Made by a program: the position numbers and the translations under genes
Notes under the pieces: generated by a model
The model's input: only the letters and a program-made list of their open reading frames with translations
Databases searched by the model: none
What the model was told of the DNA's origin: nothing
Source of the DNA: Escherichia phage JN02
Length of the DNA: 64,000 bases
Direction: 5' to 3' (one strand)
Sequence record: MT782071.1
In this document: in pieces, positions 43,361-53,758 of the stretch
How the letters are laid out: each line of letters begins with the position of its first letter
How positions within the stretch are numbered: position 1 is the first letter of the stretch

Positions 43361-43876
43361 TTAAAGCAAATCAATCATTTTAACAGTCGGCAAAACAATT
43401 TCTTCTTCAATATAAGCGAATTCAACACGTTCAACTACACGCAAGAAATCATAATCATAATATTCAGAAGCATGGCCAAGAATATCAATGAGACCTTCAG
43501 ATATCTTATTACCATTCACAAAGAATAAGTCAAATACGCGTTCTTCATCTTCTTCGGATTTATTACCAAGGTCGACTTCAATATCAAAGACCTTTTTAAT
43601 GAATTCTGGATAAAGCTGGTCTGAGAACAGTCCTTCAACCAAGTATTCATAGATTAAAAGCGAGCAATCGCTGAACAGTGTATTACCACAGTAACGTTCA
43701 GCTTTAGTGCTAGAATGACGACTCTTAAATTTCTTCAAGAGATATTTAAACTGTTGGAGCTCATGCTCTTCTACACCAAATAATGTTTTGGTTTTATAGT
43801 TGTCGCCGTCATTTTCCCAAGTAGTGACATCAATTACGTAGCCCTTAGGAATTGTACTGCCTAAACGAATATTCAT
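43361..43876 (-). CDS. Hypothetical protein (171 aa)
   Basis: Track ORF with ATG start; acidic. Confidence 0.65.
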   Translation of the reverse strand: MNIRLGSTIPKGYVIDVTTWENDGDNYKTKTLFGVEEHELQQFKYLLKKFKSRHSSTKAERYCGNTLFSDCSLLIYEYLVEGLFSDQLYPEFIKKVFDIEVDLGNKSEEDEERVFDLFFVNGNKISEGLIDILGHASEYYDYDFLRVVERVEFAYIEEEIVLPTVKMIDLL

Positions 43877-43880
43877 TTAA

Positions 43881-44171
43881 TCACCATACCATATTAATGT
43901 AAGTATACTCAATACATTCAAGATTTAAAGGATTCTTGAAAATATCATATTCAAGAGGGCCTTTTTCTGTTTCAATAAAGAAATCAAAGTTAACTGTGTT
44001 AAATTTATCGTCTTCGCAGAGTAATTTAACCTGTGAAGACGAACGGTCGATGTAAACCTTTTCAACTTCAAAATATGTTAAAATGCCATAATCATCGACT
44101 AGTGCTTTAGCTGCACGTTGATCGCTTTCATATCCATTCTCGACAGATTTTACTTTAGCATAAAGAATCAT
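43881..44171 (-). CDS. Hypothetical protein (96 aa)
   Basis: Track ORF. Confidence 0.6.
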   Translation of the reverse strand: MILYAKVKSVENGYESDQRAAKALVDDYGILTYFEVEKVYIDRSSSQVKLLCEDDKFNTVNFDFFIETEKGPLEYDIFKNPLNLECIEYTYINMVW

Positions 44172-44530
44172 GAGTGTTCCACCACTTCAAAAGTATGTGC
44201 ACTTACAATCTGGTACCAGTCAAAATTTTCTTCAGCATTTTTGTAGATTTCACGAAGAGCTTCAACAGTTTTTCCTGTAGCAACAAGATCATCAATACCG
44301 CCAAGAGGATAACAGTCGTAACCAGCAAACAGAAGGAAATTAATAGTTTCTGTAGGTTCTGGATGCAGTGTACCATTGTCATCGACTACTTCAAAGAACA
44401 TATAACCAGGCGATTTAGATTTAATCCAAGCCCATGCTTGAGCCGCTGAATCAAATGGTTTGCGTATCAAACGACAATCAGGGTCTTTAGAAGGATTTGC
44501 TTCAAAATCCGCATATACGTGATATTTCAT
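44168..44530 (-). CDS. Hypothetical protein
   Basis: Track ORF 44168..44548; ATG at 44530 with AAGGTGAG SD. Confidence 0.55.
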   Translation of the reverse strand: MKYHVYADFEANPSKDPDCRLIRKPFDSAAQAWAWIKSKSPGYMFFEVVDDNGTLHPEPTETINFLLFAGYDCYPLGGIDDLVATGKTVEALREIYKNAEENFDWYQIVSAHTFEVVEHS

Positions 44531-44531
44531 T

Positions 44532-44738
44532 TTACTCACCTTTTGCAATTTTATCCATAACGATAGCGATTAAGCCGATTAGAAATGCTACTACCAATGA
44601 GATAGAATTTTCTGTTGTTGTCAGTAGTCCACAAATGAATCCTACAAACATCGAAAAACTAAAAGCCATTGAAGCAATTACTACAGCAACATTACGAATC
44701 AGTTCAGCGCGTTTCATTTTATTTCTCCATTTACTCAT
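44532..44738 (-). CDS. Small membrane protein (68 aa)
   Basis: Two TM-like segments (VAVVIASMAFSFSMFVGFICGLL; LVVAFLIGLIAIV). Confidence 0.55.
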   Translation of the reverse strand: MSKWRNKMKRAELIRNVAVVIASMAFSFSMFVGFICGLLTTTENSISLVVAFLIGLIAIVMDKIAKGE

Positions 44739-44753
44739 TTGATTTGATAGGAC

Positions 44754-44782
44754 TACTATATCATAGTCCTATCAGCATGTAA
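44754..44782 (-). promoter_or_regulatory. T4-type early promoter with palindrome flanking the -10
   Basis: Minus strand TTTACA, 17 nt, TATAGT, with GATAGGACT/AGTCCTATC arms. Confidence 0.65.
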
Positions 44783-44787
44783 ACTAC

Positions 44788-45075
44788 TTACAGAAGAGTT
44801 TTTGCAATAATTTTAAGCTGAGCTACAGAAATATGCTTAGCTTTAAACAGTGCAGTCTCTTCAGCAGGAGAGATAACAATAGTAGCGCCATCTTTCTTAG
44901 CAGACCATCCATCCCCTAAGTAAACAGTACCTTTTACTTCTTCGCCGTCAACCAGACTAATCATTGGTTTACCCTCACGTCCTTTATTTGCTTTAATAAC
45001 TTCGGAAGTAAGGGTTGCTTCGGTCAGAGTAGAAACGTTAGCATCAGGTGATATAAATTCTTTATAGGTTTTCAT
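44788..45075 (-). CDS. Internal protein (ipI position), 95 aa
   Basis: N-terminus MKTYKEFISPD...STLTEATLTSE (CTS-like); lies next to 57B as ipI does in T4. Confidence 0.6.
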   Translation of the reverse strand: MKTYKEFISPDANVSTLTEATLTSEVIKANKGREGKPMISLVDGEEVKGTVYLGDGWSAKKDGATIVISPAEETALFKAKHISVAQLKIIAKTLL

Positions 45076-45152
45076 TTTATTTCCTTGAGGTCGTTTATTT
45101 GATAGGATGATAGTAACACGCCATCATCCTTATGTAAACTGTTTTGTGAAAA

Positions 45153-45838
<686 letters not shown>

Positions 45839-45842
45839 TTTA

Positions 45843-46577
45843 TTACCTTAAGGTTGTTTCAATTTTAGAATAAAGCTCTTCTAAAGAGCCGTCGTTTGTA
45901 ATAACTAAATCGCCTTCTTCAATAGGCAACCCAGCTTCTGTAATATGTTTATCGGTGGATTCCGTACCAGAGCGAACCACATGAATAACTGTAGCACCCA
46001 TCGCTCTAGCGGTTTCCATTTCATGGACTTGGCGTGTATCGGTTACAACATAGTAATCGAAATCACTTCCAATATAATCCATATAATTTAATGCAAAAAG
46101 TTTAACCCAATACATACGGTCAAATAAATTAACGACAACATCCGTACCGAGGGCTTGCATAAGACGGCGGATTGACCATGTGTCGTTGATATTATTTATA
46201 GCTTCACGCAGGGCTTCATATGGTTTAATATCTAGATATGAATACCCACCTTCTAATGATGATAATACTTTAACATTATTAATTGGTAAATATTGGCTTT
46301 GTAAATAAATTAGCGCTTCTTCCATTAATTCAATAACATCCAACTTATTGATATTTAATGGTGTTTCACGGTCGTATCCAACACCTTCAAAGTATTCATA
46401 TTTCAACTCAGTGAATACATCAGGGTTTTCGGCATGTCTACGTCCCCAGGCTATTGCTAGAGCGTCTTTAATCGGATATGCCAATTGGTATTTTACGGAT
46501 TTAAAGTTTGAATTGATGTAATCAGCAGTGGTGTCTTTACCACTACGTTTGATGCCGCTTAAAAAGATTAGCTCCAT
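45843..46577 (-). CDS. 1: Deoxynucleoside monophosphate kinase gp1
   Basis: 244 aa; MELIFLSGIKRSGKDTTADYI P-loop N-terminus as in T4 gp1. Confidence 0.92.
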   Translation of the reverse strand: MELIFLSGIKRSGKDTTADYINSNFKSVKYQLAYPIKDALAIAWGRRHAENPDVFTELKYEYFEGVGYDRETPLNINKLDVIELMEEALIYLQSQYLPINNVKVLSSLEGGYSYLDIKPYEALREAINNINDTWSIRRLMQALGTDVVVNLFDRMYWVKLFALNYMDYIGSDFDYYVVTDTRQVHEMETARAMGATVIHVVRSGTESTDKHITEAGLPIEEGDLVITNDGSLEELYSKIETTLR

Positions 46578-46630
46578 AGGTTTTCCTCATATAATTTATG
46601 AGTGATTATAACATACGGAGCTAGAAGCGA

Positions 46631-47215
46631 TTAACGCAAGGAAGGGTGTCTAGAAATGGATTTAGATTCGACTGCTTGACGTGGTTGTTGAGATACAATG
46701 ACTTCGCCATCCTTTTCTATCGTCATATACGCGTAGTGAATAGTTGCTACGCACGTAACGGCAGGGTCAGAGTCTTCGGTGTAACTAAATTCAATTTCAC
46801 TCAAATCAGAAATCCATGGTTTATAGAAATTTGCCGTCAAAACTACTTCAGTCTTATTGTTGTTTAAAATGTGCAAAGTAACAAACTCAGGACCATCTGA
46901 GTGGGCCGTATTATGTCCGGTTATATAGTTATTAGTGCTGAGCATCCATTTATACATGTTCATCCAGGACGTCATGTCTTCATCAACTATAAATCGTACA
47001 ACAAAAGGGTCGTATTCAAATGTGGTGCCTGCACGCATTGCACGTCCTAACCCCATTGTGCCTGTAACAGTTTCAACAACAGGAATTCTCACACCTGGCA
47101 ATGGAGCCGTTTGGGCATTGAGCACAAAACCCGAAGTTCGTGTACTATCTGGGATATCCACAACAAAGTTTGTTATATTTGTTTGGTTAAAAATCTGTCT
47201 CGCTGGACGAGTCAT
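46631..47215 (-). CDS. 3: Tail completion / sheath stabiliser gp3
   Basis: Track ORF 46631..47221; position between genes 1 and 2; start probably MTRPARQ. Confidence 0.75.
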   Translation of the reverse strand: MTRPARQIFNQTNITNFVVDIPDSTRTSGFVLNAQTAPLPGVRIPVVETVTGTMGLGRAMRAGTTFEYDPFVVRFIVDEDMTSWMNMYKWMLSTNNYITGHNTAHSDGPEFVTLHILNNNKTEVVLTANFYKPWISDLSEIEFSYTEDSDPAVTCVATIHYAYMTIEKDGEVIVSQQPRQAVESKSISRHPSLR

Positions 47216-47317
47216 AAGCACCTCAAAAACGCTTTAATAAAAATGCAGTATAATGGTTTTAGGTCTCTTCCATTAATCTGGTTCAACAGAATATCAGAAG
47301 AACAGAAGAGAATAGAA

Positions 47318-48139
47318 TTAAGATTTCCAAACAGTATTCGCAGAGAAACGTTTTCCTTTTGACATAAACTGCTGAGTAGGTAACATGATTATGTTAGCCC
47401 AGTCTTTAGGAGCTATTTCTGTTATTGTTCCTCTAATGTGGCCTGGCAGGTATGCTTTAATCATTTTGTCAGCACCTTGGAATCCTTTCACCTTGCTCCA
47501 GTCTATCTTCAACTTTGTGTTATTAGTAATAGTAGTTGTGCTAGCATATTGCTTCAGCAATTCTTCAAGAAACTGTTGACGTGCTTTAGGTGGGATATAG
47601 TGCAAGTTTAACCCGTACATCAAATTATGTTTACCTAATCCCAAATAAATAATCAAAGGATATCTGTCCCAATACGGCAGAGTATCTTTATGTTTAGCAT
47701 CATACACGTAAGTATAAATTTTGCCTGGTGTAGGCTTGACTACTTTATGACCTTTTACACTTTTCTTAATTGTTTCAACAAACCATTTAGATGATTTGTT
47801 GTTTACTGCTGCGCCTTCATTTCTAATCTTTTCTCGTATTGAACTGCGAAACGAGTTTATCATCAGAAGTTGACGTTCTTGCTTATTGAGTTTATTTTTA
47901 GGTTTAGATTCAAGCGTTTCAATTTTCTGTGCAGTCTTAATAGATGATGCATATCTAGACATTGCAGATGTAAACGACGAGTATTTTATTCCTTTTGATT
48001 CTGCAAATGCTTTTGCAGTGATTCCTTTCTCTTTAGCTTTCTTGTATTCTAATCCTATCTCAATCCATTTTCTTTCATTCATAGACTGAGCAATCTTAGG
48101 GGCTTGTACGCCTTCAGATATAATTTGGAATATGCTCAT
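47318..48139 (-). CDS. 2: DNA end-protector protein gp2
   Basis: 273 aa (T4 gp2 is ~274 aa); position between genes 3 and 4. Confidence 0.75.
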   Translation of the reverse strand: MSIFQIISEGVQAPKIAQSMNERKWIEIGLEYKKAKEKGITAKAFAESKGIKYSSFTSAMSRYASSIKTAQKIETLESKPKNKLNKQERQLLMINSFRSSIREKIRNEGAAVNNKSSKWFVETIKKSVKGHKVVKPTPGKIYTYVYDAKHKDTLPYWDRYPLIIYLGLGKHNLMYGLNLHYIPPKARQQFLEELLKQYASTTTITNNTKLKIDWSKVKGFQGADKMIKAYLPGHIRGTITEIAPKDWANIIMLPTQQFMSKGKRFSANTVWKS

Positions 48140-48141
48140 AA

Positions 48142-48591
48142 TTACCCCTTGTATCCGAGTTTTCTAAGTCCGTCTTCGGTTAGAACTCGAAATTTTATAT
48201 TTCTCTTTTCAGCAACAGCTGAGGCAGCTTTCCATTTGTCACAGTTCACAGACCAGGTATATATTTCATTCATATAACGTTTCTTTGCTGCGGTAGTAAG
48301 ATTTACAGGCTTAATAGGTGGTTGAGTTTCTTTCTTTGGTTTTATTTCTACAAAGAACTCTTGACCTGATGCATCTTTCATCCATATATCCATAAAGTAT
48401 CGACGTTTTTTACCTTCAGCATTACAAAAATATGGAATTACTGCTGTTTCACTACCCCATGCAATAATTTCTGGATTTTTATCCAACCATTCGAAAAAGA
48501 ATTTTTCCCAGTTTGAACGATACGTTATTTTGGTATGGTCTCCACGGTATTTTTTTAAATTTTTTGGGACCCATTTACCAGAGTAGGCCAT
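48142..48591 (-). CDS. 4: Head completion protein gp4
   Basis: Track ORF 48142..48735; internal ATG at 48591 ([18 protein letters not shown]...) gives 150 aa as in T4 gp4; late promoter upstream. Confidence 0.8.
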   Translation of the reverse strand: MAYSGKWVPKNLKKYRGDHTKITYRSNWEKFFFEWLDKNPEIIAWGSETAVIPYFCNAEGKKRRYFMDIWMKDASGQEFFVEIKPKKETQPPIKPVNLTTAAKKRYMNEIYTWSVNCDKWKAASAVAEKRNIKFRVLTEDGLRKLGYKG

Positions 48592-48602
48592 GTTGTCCTC
48601 CT

Positions 48603-48610
48603 TATAAATA
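48603..48610 (+). promoter_or_regulatory. Late promoter (TATAAATA) for gene 53 and the baseplate operon
   Basis: Exact TATAAATA about 42 nt upstream of the gene 53 start; AAGGAG SD follows. Confidence 0.75.
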
Positions 48611-48617
48611 GTATTAT

Positions 48618-48625
48618 TATTTATA
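48618..48625 (-). promoter_or_regulatory. Late promoter (TATAAATA) for gene 4
   Basis: Minus-strand TATAAATA about 27 nt upstream of the gene 4 ATG; divergent partner of the gene 53 promoter. Confidence 0.7.
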
Positions 48626-48652
48626 CCAATTTCATATTGGAAGGAGACTATC

Positions 48653-49228
48653 TTGTTATTTACATTCTTCGACCCAATAGGATATAGTGCTAAAACAGTT
48701 GATAAGAATGCACCTACTATTCCTATGACAGACATATTTCGTAACTATAAAGAGTACTTTAAGCGTGTGGCTGCCAATTATAGATTACGTTCTTATTATA
48801 TTAAAGGCTCTCCGCGTCCTGAAGAACTAGCAAACATAATTTATGGCAACCCTCAATTATACTGGGTCCTTTTGATGTGTAATGACAACTATGATCCGTA
48901 TTATGGTTGGATTACATCTCAGGAAGCAGCGTATCAAGCTTCTATTCAGAAATATGCTAATGCTGGCGGCGACCAAGTTCTTTATCATATTAATGAAAAT
49001 CGTGAGAAATTTTACAATTTGGTTTCATATCCGGACGAGCCTTTAGTGTGGTATGATAAAGGTGATGAAGCTCGTAAGTATCCGCAATATAAAGGACCTT
49101 TAGCTGCAGTAGATACTTATGAAGCGGCAGTATTAGATAATGAAAAACTTCGTAAAATAAAAATTGTTGCAAAAGAAGATATAAACTCGTTTATCACAGA
49201 TTTGATTCGTGAGATGGAGATTGCATAA
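48653..49228 (+). CDS. 53: Baseplate wedge protein gp53
   Basis: 191 aa; MLFTFFDPIGYSAKTVDKNAPTIPMTDIFRNYK... near-identical to T4 gp53; the first codon appears to be TTG. Confidence 0.9.
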   Translation: MLFTFFDPIGYSAKTVDKNAPTIPMTDIFRNYKEYFKRVAANYRLRSYYIKGSPRPEELANIIYGNPQLYWVLLMCNDNYDPYYGWITSQEAAYQASIQKYANAGGDQVLYHINENREKFYNLVSYPDEPLVWYDKGDEARKYPQYKGPLAAVDTYEAAVLDNEKLRKIKIVAKEDINSFITDLIREMEIA

Positions 49229-50961
49229 TGGAAATGATTAGCAGTAGCCTTAATTGGTTCGTGGGTGTTGTCGAGGACAGAATGGACCCATTAAAACAAG
49301 GGCGAGTTCGAGTTCGAGTCGTTGGTCTTCATCCGGCACAGAGAGCACAAGGTGATGTACAAGGTATTCCTACAGAAAAACTTCCATGGATGACTGTTAT
49401 TCAACCTATTACGTCTGCATCAATGTCAGGTATTGGTGGTTCTGTTACAGGTCCTGTTGAAGGAACTCGAGTATATGGTCATTTCTTAGACAAATGGAAA
49501 ACAAACGGGATTGTACTTGGTACATATGGCGGAATTGTACGTGAAAAGCCTAATAGACTTGAAGGTTTTTCAGACCCGACAGGTCAGTATCCGCGACGTT
49601 TAGGTAATGATACGAACGTATTAAACCAAGGTGGTGAAGCTGGTTATTATTCGAACTCTAACGTAATTCAAGATAACAACTTGGATTATGGTATAAACCC
49701 AGACGACACAGATTTAGCAAATATTCCAGAAGATGATGACCCTAATTTTACAATAACAGAAATGTTACGTCGTGACGAAGGTCTTCGTGATAAAGTGTAT
49801 TGGGACCATCTCGGGTATCCTACAGTAGGTATTGGACACCTTATCGTAATGGAAAAGACCCGAGATATGTCTCGAATTAATAAATTGTTATCTGATCAAG
49901 TAGGGCGTGAAGTAACAGGAAATCCGGGAACTATTACATTAGAAGAAGCAACAGCGTTATTTGAGAAGGACCTTGCTAAGATGCAGAAAGACATTCGTTC
50001 TAATTCTAAAGTAGGTCCTGTTTACGCTAAAATGAACAGATCTCGCCAAATGGCATTAGAAAACATGTGCTTCCAGATGGGCGTTGGTGGTGTAGCAAAA
50101 TTCAATACTATGCTTAAAGCAATGGCCACAGGTGATTGGAAAACCGCATACAAATCCGGACGCGATTCATTATGGTTCCAACAGACTAAAGGGCGTGCTT
50201 CACGTGTAACAACAATTATTTTAACCGGTAACATGGAATCATACGGTGTTCCTGTTAAAACACCGCCTTCACCGGGAGTTGGTGCTGATTTAGTTACTAG
50301 AAATACCGATCCAGAAGACCCGGCTGGTCCTCCTGTTCCATTAGATTCACGTATCCTTTTTAAAGAACCGGAATCAAGTTATCGTGGTGAGTATCCATAC
50401 GTTCATGCTATGGAAACAGAAAGCGGTCATATCCAAGAATTTGACGATACTCCAGGTAATGAACGTTATCGCTTAGTTCATCCAACAGGGTCATATGAGG
50501 AAGTTTCTCCGTCTGGACGTCGTACTCGTAAAACTGTAGAAGACCTTTTTGACATTACTAATGGCGATGGGAACTTCTTGATTTCTGGTGATAAACTTGT
50601 TAACGTTGGTGCTAATGAAATATATTATAACATGGCAGACCGCCTCCATCAAATAGACGGCAATGACACAATCTTTATTCGTGGTAATCAAACTAAAACT
50701 GTTGAAGGCGATGGAACTCTTTACGTTAAGGGCAATATCAAAATAGTTGTCGACGGAAATGCAGATATTCTTGTTAAAGGTGATGCTAAAACTCAGGTCG
50801 AAGGGAATCATGATTACACCGTCAACGGAAACGTTAAATGGACTGTTAATGGTAATGTTGATATGACTGTTGCCGGGGATTGGGCAGAAACAATGTCTAC
50901 AATGAGCTCAGTAGCTTCAGGACAATACACTGTTGACGGATCTCGTATTGATATTGGGTAA
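49228..50961 (+). CDS. 5: Baseplate hub and tail lysozyme gp5
   Basis: 577 aa; MEMISSSLNWFVGVVEDRMDPLKQGRVRVRVVGLHP (OB domain), central T4-lysozyme-like domain (EGLRDKVYWDHLGYPTVGIGHLI), C-terminal beta-helix VxGxxxxxV repeats. Confidence 0.95.
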   Translation: MEMISSSLNWFVGVVEDRMDPLKQGRVRVRVVGLHPAQRAQGDVQGIPTEKLPWMTVIQPITSASMSGIGGSVTGPVEGTRVYGHFLDKWKTNGIVLGTYGGIVREKPNRLEGFSDPTGQYPRRLGNDTNVLNQGGEAGYYSNSNVIQDNNLDYGINPDDTDLANIPEDDDPNFTITEMLRRDEGLRDKVYWDHLGYPTVGIGHLIVMEKTRDMSRINKLLSDQVGREVTGNPGTITLEEATALFEKDLAKMQKDIRSNSKVGPVYAKMNRSRQMALENMCFQMGVGGVAKFNTMLKAMATGDWKTAYKSGRDSLWFQQTKGRASRVTTIILTGNMESYGVPVKTPPSPGVGADLVTRNTDPEDPAGPPVPLDSRILFKEPESSYRGEYPYVHAMETESGHIQEFDDTPGNERYRLVHPTGSYEEVSPSGRRTRKTVEDLFDITNGDGNFLISGDKLVNVGANEIYYNMADRLHQIDGNDTIFIRGNQTKTVEGDGTLYVKGNIKIVVDGNADILVKGDAKTQVEGNHDYTVNGNVKWTVNGNVDMTVAGDWAETMSTMSSVASGQYTVDGSRIDIG

Positions 50962-50964
50962 TAT

Positions 50965-51480
50965 ATGGCACAAATACTTCCTTTAAATACCGACTTAGGA
51001 GAAGACATGGAAGGGGCGTCTATTGACGTCCTTTTTACTCCACAGTTAGAAACAACCGAAACTTTAGTGTCAATAAATATAACAGATTATGAACCGACAC
51101 AAGGCATTACGGTAGATGGTAATCGTTTATATGGAACATATGAAAGTGTGTTTAGCTTTTCTTCGGATGCATTGAAATATCGATTAAATGATGATTTTGA
51201 AACAGCATCTTCATGGGATGATTTACCAAAAGATGAATCCACACAGTTATATTTGTGGAGAGCTCCTCAGAATCTTCGTAAAGTGTTTAGTTATACGGTT
51301 GAAATGATTTATAACTACCAAGAAGAAAGTTCATCAGGCGATTCTAGAAGTGACTCTGGTACAGAACCTCCACCGGCTCCAGTACAAAAAACTCTTACTA
51401 AGGTTTATACAAAAACTATAGTAGGAAATTGGAGCAAATGGGCTCAACAATTACGAAACTATGTTTATGCGAGGCCGTGA
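50965..51480 (+). CDS. gp5.1-position protein
   Basis: 171-aa track ORF between genes 5 and 5.4. Confidence 0.6.
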   Translation: MAQILPLNTDLGEDMEGASIDVLFTPQLETTETLVSINITDYEPTQGITVDGNRLYGTYESVFSFSSDALKYRLNDDFETASSWDDLPKDESTQLYLWRAPQNLRKVFSYTVEMIYNYQEESSSGDSRSDSGTEPPPAPVQKTLTKVYTKTIVGNWSKWAQQLRNYVYARP

Positions 51481-51482
51481 AA

Positions 51483-51776
51483 ATGTCTGGCTTAAGTTAC
51501 GACAAGTGCGTTACAACAGGTCATGAAGCATGGCCTCCTACTGTAATAAATGCTTCCCAATCTAAAGTATTCACCGGTGGTATTCCTGTTCTTGTGGCAG
51601 GAGACCAAATAACACCTCATACCGAAATTAAAAAACCATACGAGACTCATGGAGGTGTTACTGAACCTCGTACATCTAAAGTATACGTCACCGGTAAAAA
51701 GGCCGTTCAAATGGGTGACCCAATTTCATGCGGGGATACTGTTTCTCAGGCCTCGTCAAAAGTCTTTATAAAATAG
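51483..51776 (+). CDS. PAAR-repeat spike-tip protein gp5.4
   Basis: Track ORF 51429..51776; from the internal ATG reads [48 protein letters not shown]..., 97 aa, matching T4 gp5.4. Confidence 0.8.
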   Translation: MSGLSYDKCVTTGHEAWPPTVINASQSKVFTGGIPVLVAGDQITPHTEIKKPYETHGGVTEPRTSKVYVTGKKAVQMGDPISCGDTVSQASSKVFIK

Positions 51777-51784
51777 GAATTAAA

Positions 51785-53758
51785 ATGGCAAACACTCCTG
51801 TAAATTATCAATTAACCCGAACAGCGAATGCTATTCCCGAGATTTTTATCGGGGGCACATTTGCCGAAATCAAACAGAACATTATCGAATGGCTCCATGG
51901 GCAGAATGAATTTCTTGATTATGATTTTGAAGGTTCGCGTTTAAACGTATTGTGTGACCTTTTAGCATATAACACTCTTTACATCCAACAGTTCAGTAAT
52001 AGTGCAGTGTATGAAAGTTTTATGCGTACTGCAAACTTGCGTAGTTCTGTCGTACAAGCGGCTCAGGATAACGGATATCTGCCTTCATCTAAATCAGCAG
52101 CACAAACAGAAATTATGCTCACATGTACGGATGCATTAAATAGAAACTATATCACCATTCCACGTGGCACTCGTTTCTTAGCATACGCTAAAGATACTTC
52201 TGTTAACCCGTATAACTTTGTTTCTACTGAAGATGTCATTGTAGTTAAAGACAAAAATAACCAATATTTCCCACGTCTTCGATTAGCTCAAGGACGTATT
52301 GTTCGCACTGAATTAACATTTGATAGATTAAAACCTATCATTATTCGTGATAAGAATATTGACCGTAATTTGGTTAAGTTGTATGTTGACGGAGCAGAAT
52401 GGATTAACTGGACTCGTAAGTCGATGGTTCACGCTGGTTCTACGTCAACAATCTATTATATGCGTGAAACGGTTGATGGGAACACCGAATTTTATTTTGG
52501 TGAAGGCGAAATCTCTATTAACACATCAGAAGGTGCGTTAACATCTAACTATATTGGTGGCCTTAAACCTGTTCAGGGTTCTAAAATCGTAATTGAGTAT
52601 ATTTCTACTAACGGCGCAGATGCTAACGGTGCTGTAGGATTTTCTTATGCTGATACATTAGCTAATATCACGGTAATCGATATTAACGAGAACCCTAGCA
52701 ATAACCCAGACTTTGTTGGGGCCGATGGTGGTGGCGACCCTGAAGATATTGAACGTATCCGCGAATTAGGCACAATTAAACGCGAAACTCAACAACGTTG
52801 TGTAACCGCTTCCGACTATGACACATTCGTCTCTGAGCGGTTTGGTTCTATTATTCAAGCGGTTCAAACATTCACAGATTCATCTAAACCAGGGTACGCA
52901 TATATTGCTGCTAAGCCTAAATCTGGATTGTATTTGACTTCTGTTCAACGTGATGATATCAAAAACTATTTGAATGATTATAACTTAGGGACTATTACAC
53001 CTGTTGTTATTTCGCCTGATTATTTGTTTATTAAAATGAATATCAAAGTTACATACGCGTTGAATAAACTCCAAGAATCAGAACAATATCTTGAAGGGCA
53101 AATTATTAATAAAATTGACCGATACTATATTGAAGATGTAGAAATTTTTAACTCATCGTTTGCAAAATCTAAAATGCTAACTTATGTCGATGATGCAGAT
53201 ATTTCTATTATTGGTTCTTCAGCTACTATTCAAATGGTTCGCGAAGTACAAAACTTCTATAAAACGCCTGAGGCCGGTATTAAATACAATAATCAGATTA
53301 AAGATAGATCGATGGAATCTAATATATTCTCGTTTGATTCACACAGACCTAATCCAGAAAATGCAAACGAAACTATTAAATACGGTGTTCGCATAGTATC
53401 TTCTGACCGTAATGACCGTGGCATAGGTCAAGTTATTATTGGTCCATTTGCGGACGGTGATGTTGTTGAAAACGAAAATATACAACCTTATACAGGTAAT
53501 GATTTTAATAAACTTACTGTTACTGACGGACGAAACAAATACTATTCAATCGGTGAAGTGAATTATCCTGCCGATTCGATTTATTGGAACATTGCTAAAA
53601 TTGACCTCACTTCAGACCGTTTTGAAGTTCAAACAATTGAACTTTATTCCGACCCTGCAGATGATATTATTTTTACAAAGGATGGTTCTTTAATCGTATT
53701 CGAAAATGACTTACGTCCTCAGTACTTAACTATAGATTTGGAGCCTATTTCACAATGA
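51785..53758 (+). CDS. 6: Baseplate wedge protein gp6
   Basis: Track ORF 51728..53758; start at MANTPVNYQLTRTANAIPEIF as in T4 gp6. Confidence 0.92.
   Translation: MANTPVNYQLTRTANAIPEIFIGGTFAEIKQNIIEWLHGQNEFLDYDFEGSRLNVLCDLLAYNTLYIQQFSNSAVYESFMRTANLRSSVVQAAQDNGYLPSSKSAAQTEIMLTCTDALNRNYITIPRGTRFLAYAKDTSVNPYNFVSTEDVIVVKDKNNQYFPRLRLAQGRIVRTELTFDRLKPIIIRDKNIDRNLVKLYVDGAEWINWTRKSMVHAGSTSTIYYMRETVDGNTEFYFGEGEISINTSEGALTSNYIGGLKPVQGSKIVIEYISTNGADANGAVGFSYADTLANITVIDINENPSNNPDFVGADGGGDPEDIERIRELGTIKRETQQRCVTASDYDTFVSERFGSIIQAVQTFTDSSKPGYAYIAAKPKSGLYLTSVQRDDIKNYLNDYNLGTITPVVISPDYLFIKMNIKVTYALNKLQESEQYLEGQIINKIDRYYIEDVEIFNSSFAKSKMLTYVDDADISIIGSSATIQMVREVQNFYKTPEAGIKYNNQIKDRSMESNIFSFDSHRPNPENANETIKYGVRIVSSDRNDRGIGQVIIGPFADGDVVENENIQPYTGNDFNKLTVTDGRNKYYSIGEVNYPADSIYWNIAKIDLTSDRFEVQTIELYSDPADDIIFTKDGSLIVFENDLRPQYLTIDLEPISQ

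Noticed and set aside
50491-50811. Minus-strand ORFs inside genes 5, 7 and 12 (for example 50491..50811, 54963..55145, 61894..62217)
   Set aside because: Embedded antisense in highly conserved baseplate genes; no promoter or SD context.
51768-51776. TATAAAATA upstream of gene 6 as a late promoter
   Set aside because: One base longer than the strictly conserved TATAAATA; gene 6 is probably read through from the gene 53 promoter.
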